The notes beneath the pieces are model-generated. The model made no database searches and was not told where the DNA came from. It saw only the letters and a list, made by a program, of their open reading frames with translations. A program made the translations under genes and the position numbers. A DNA stretch of 64,000 nucleotides from IMG/VR virus record IMGVR_UViG_3300025000_000001. One strand, written 5' to 3'. Positions 63,925 to 64,000 of the stretch are shown one piece after another (the stretch's first letter is position 1; the number at the start of each line of letters is the position of its first letter). The DNA is from an uncultured virus (IMG/VR IMGVR_UViG_3300025000_000001) (taxonomy: Duplodnaviria; Heunggongvirae; Uroviricota; Caudoviricetes).

Positions 63925-64000
63925 ATGGCAAAAATTCACCCGAATTATACTAAATACCCCGGATTTTATAACAAAAATGGGGATTTAACTTATTTTGCGT
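63925..64000 (+). CDS. Start of the first plus-strand gene (partial)
   Basis: AGGAG RBS, then ATG; open to the window end (MAKIHPNYTKYPGFYNK...). Confidence 0.7.
   Translation, partial: MAKIHPNYTKYPGFYNKNGDLTYFA

Overview
This window is about 64 kb of a large, AT-rich dsDNA phage (or phage-plasmid) genome. Almost all genes are on the minus strand; the coding strand switches at a divergent promoter pair near 63.7-63.9 kb. No virion structural genes are recognisable. The left part (1-21 kb) is a nucleotide-metabolism, replication and recombination module. It contains a class II RNR (nrdJ) split by a 227-nt group I intron, an IMPDH/GMP reductase-family enzyme, RNase H, a family B DNA polymerase with an unexpected DnaE-like C-terminal tail, a Cas4-like nuclease, a T7 gp4-type primase-helicase, two SSB paralogs (one frameshifted), a Sak4-like ATPase, four tRNAs surrounding an hsp20 gene, and a tyrosine recombinase. 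The middle carries an SNF2 helicase plus MTase pair, further DNA MTases, two RNA ligases (DRB0094 type and RtcB), and HicA-like, DUF262, DUF932 and glycosylase-like genes. The right part is a dense run of small, probably early genes with many sigma70-type promoters. Main highlights: (1) a bacterial oriC-like element with five perfect DnaA boxes plus DnaA-trios at about 57.3-57.6 kb; (2) a TAAAA-N6-TTTTA palindrome that recurs at gene junctions; (3) the PolB/DnaE-tail chimera; (4) five dispersed PD-(D/E)XK paralogs; (5) an hsp20 gene clamped by a 15-bp inverted repeat between tRNAs; (6) a tRNA-Ile(UAU) with a long variable region. All family calls come from motif recognition by eye, not from database searches.
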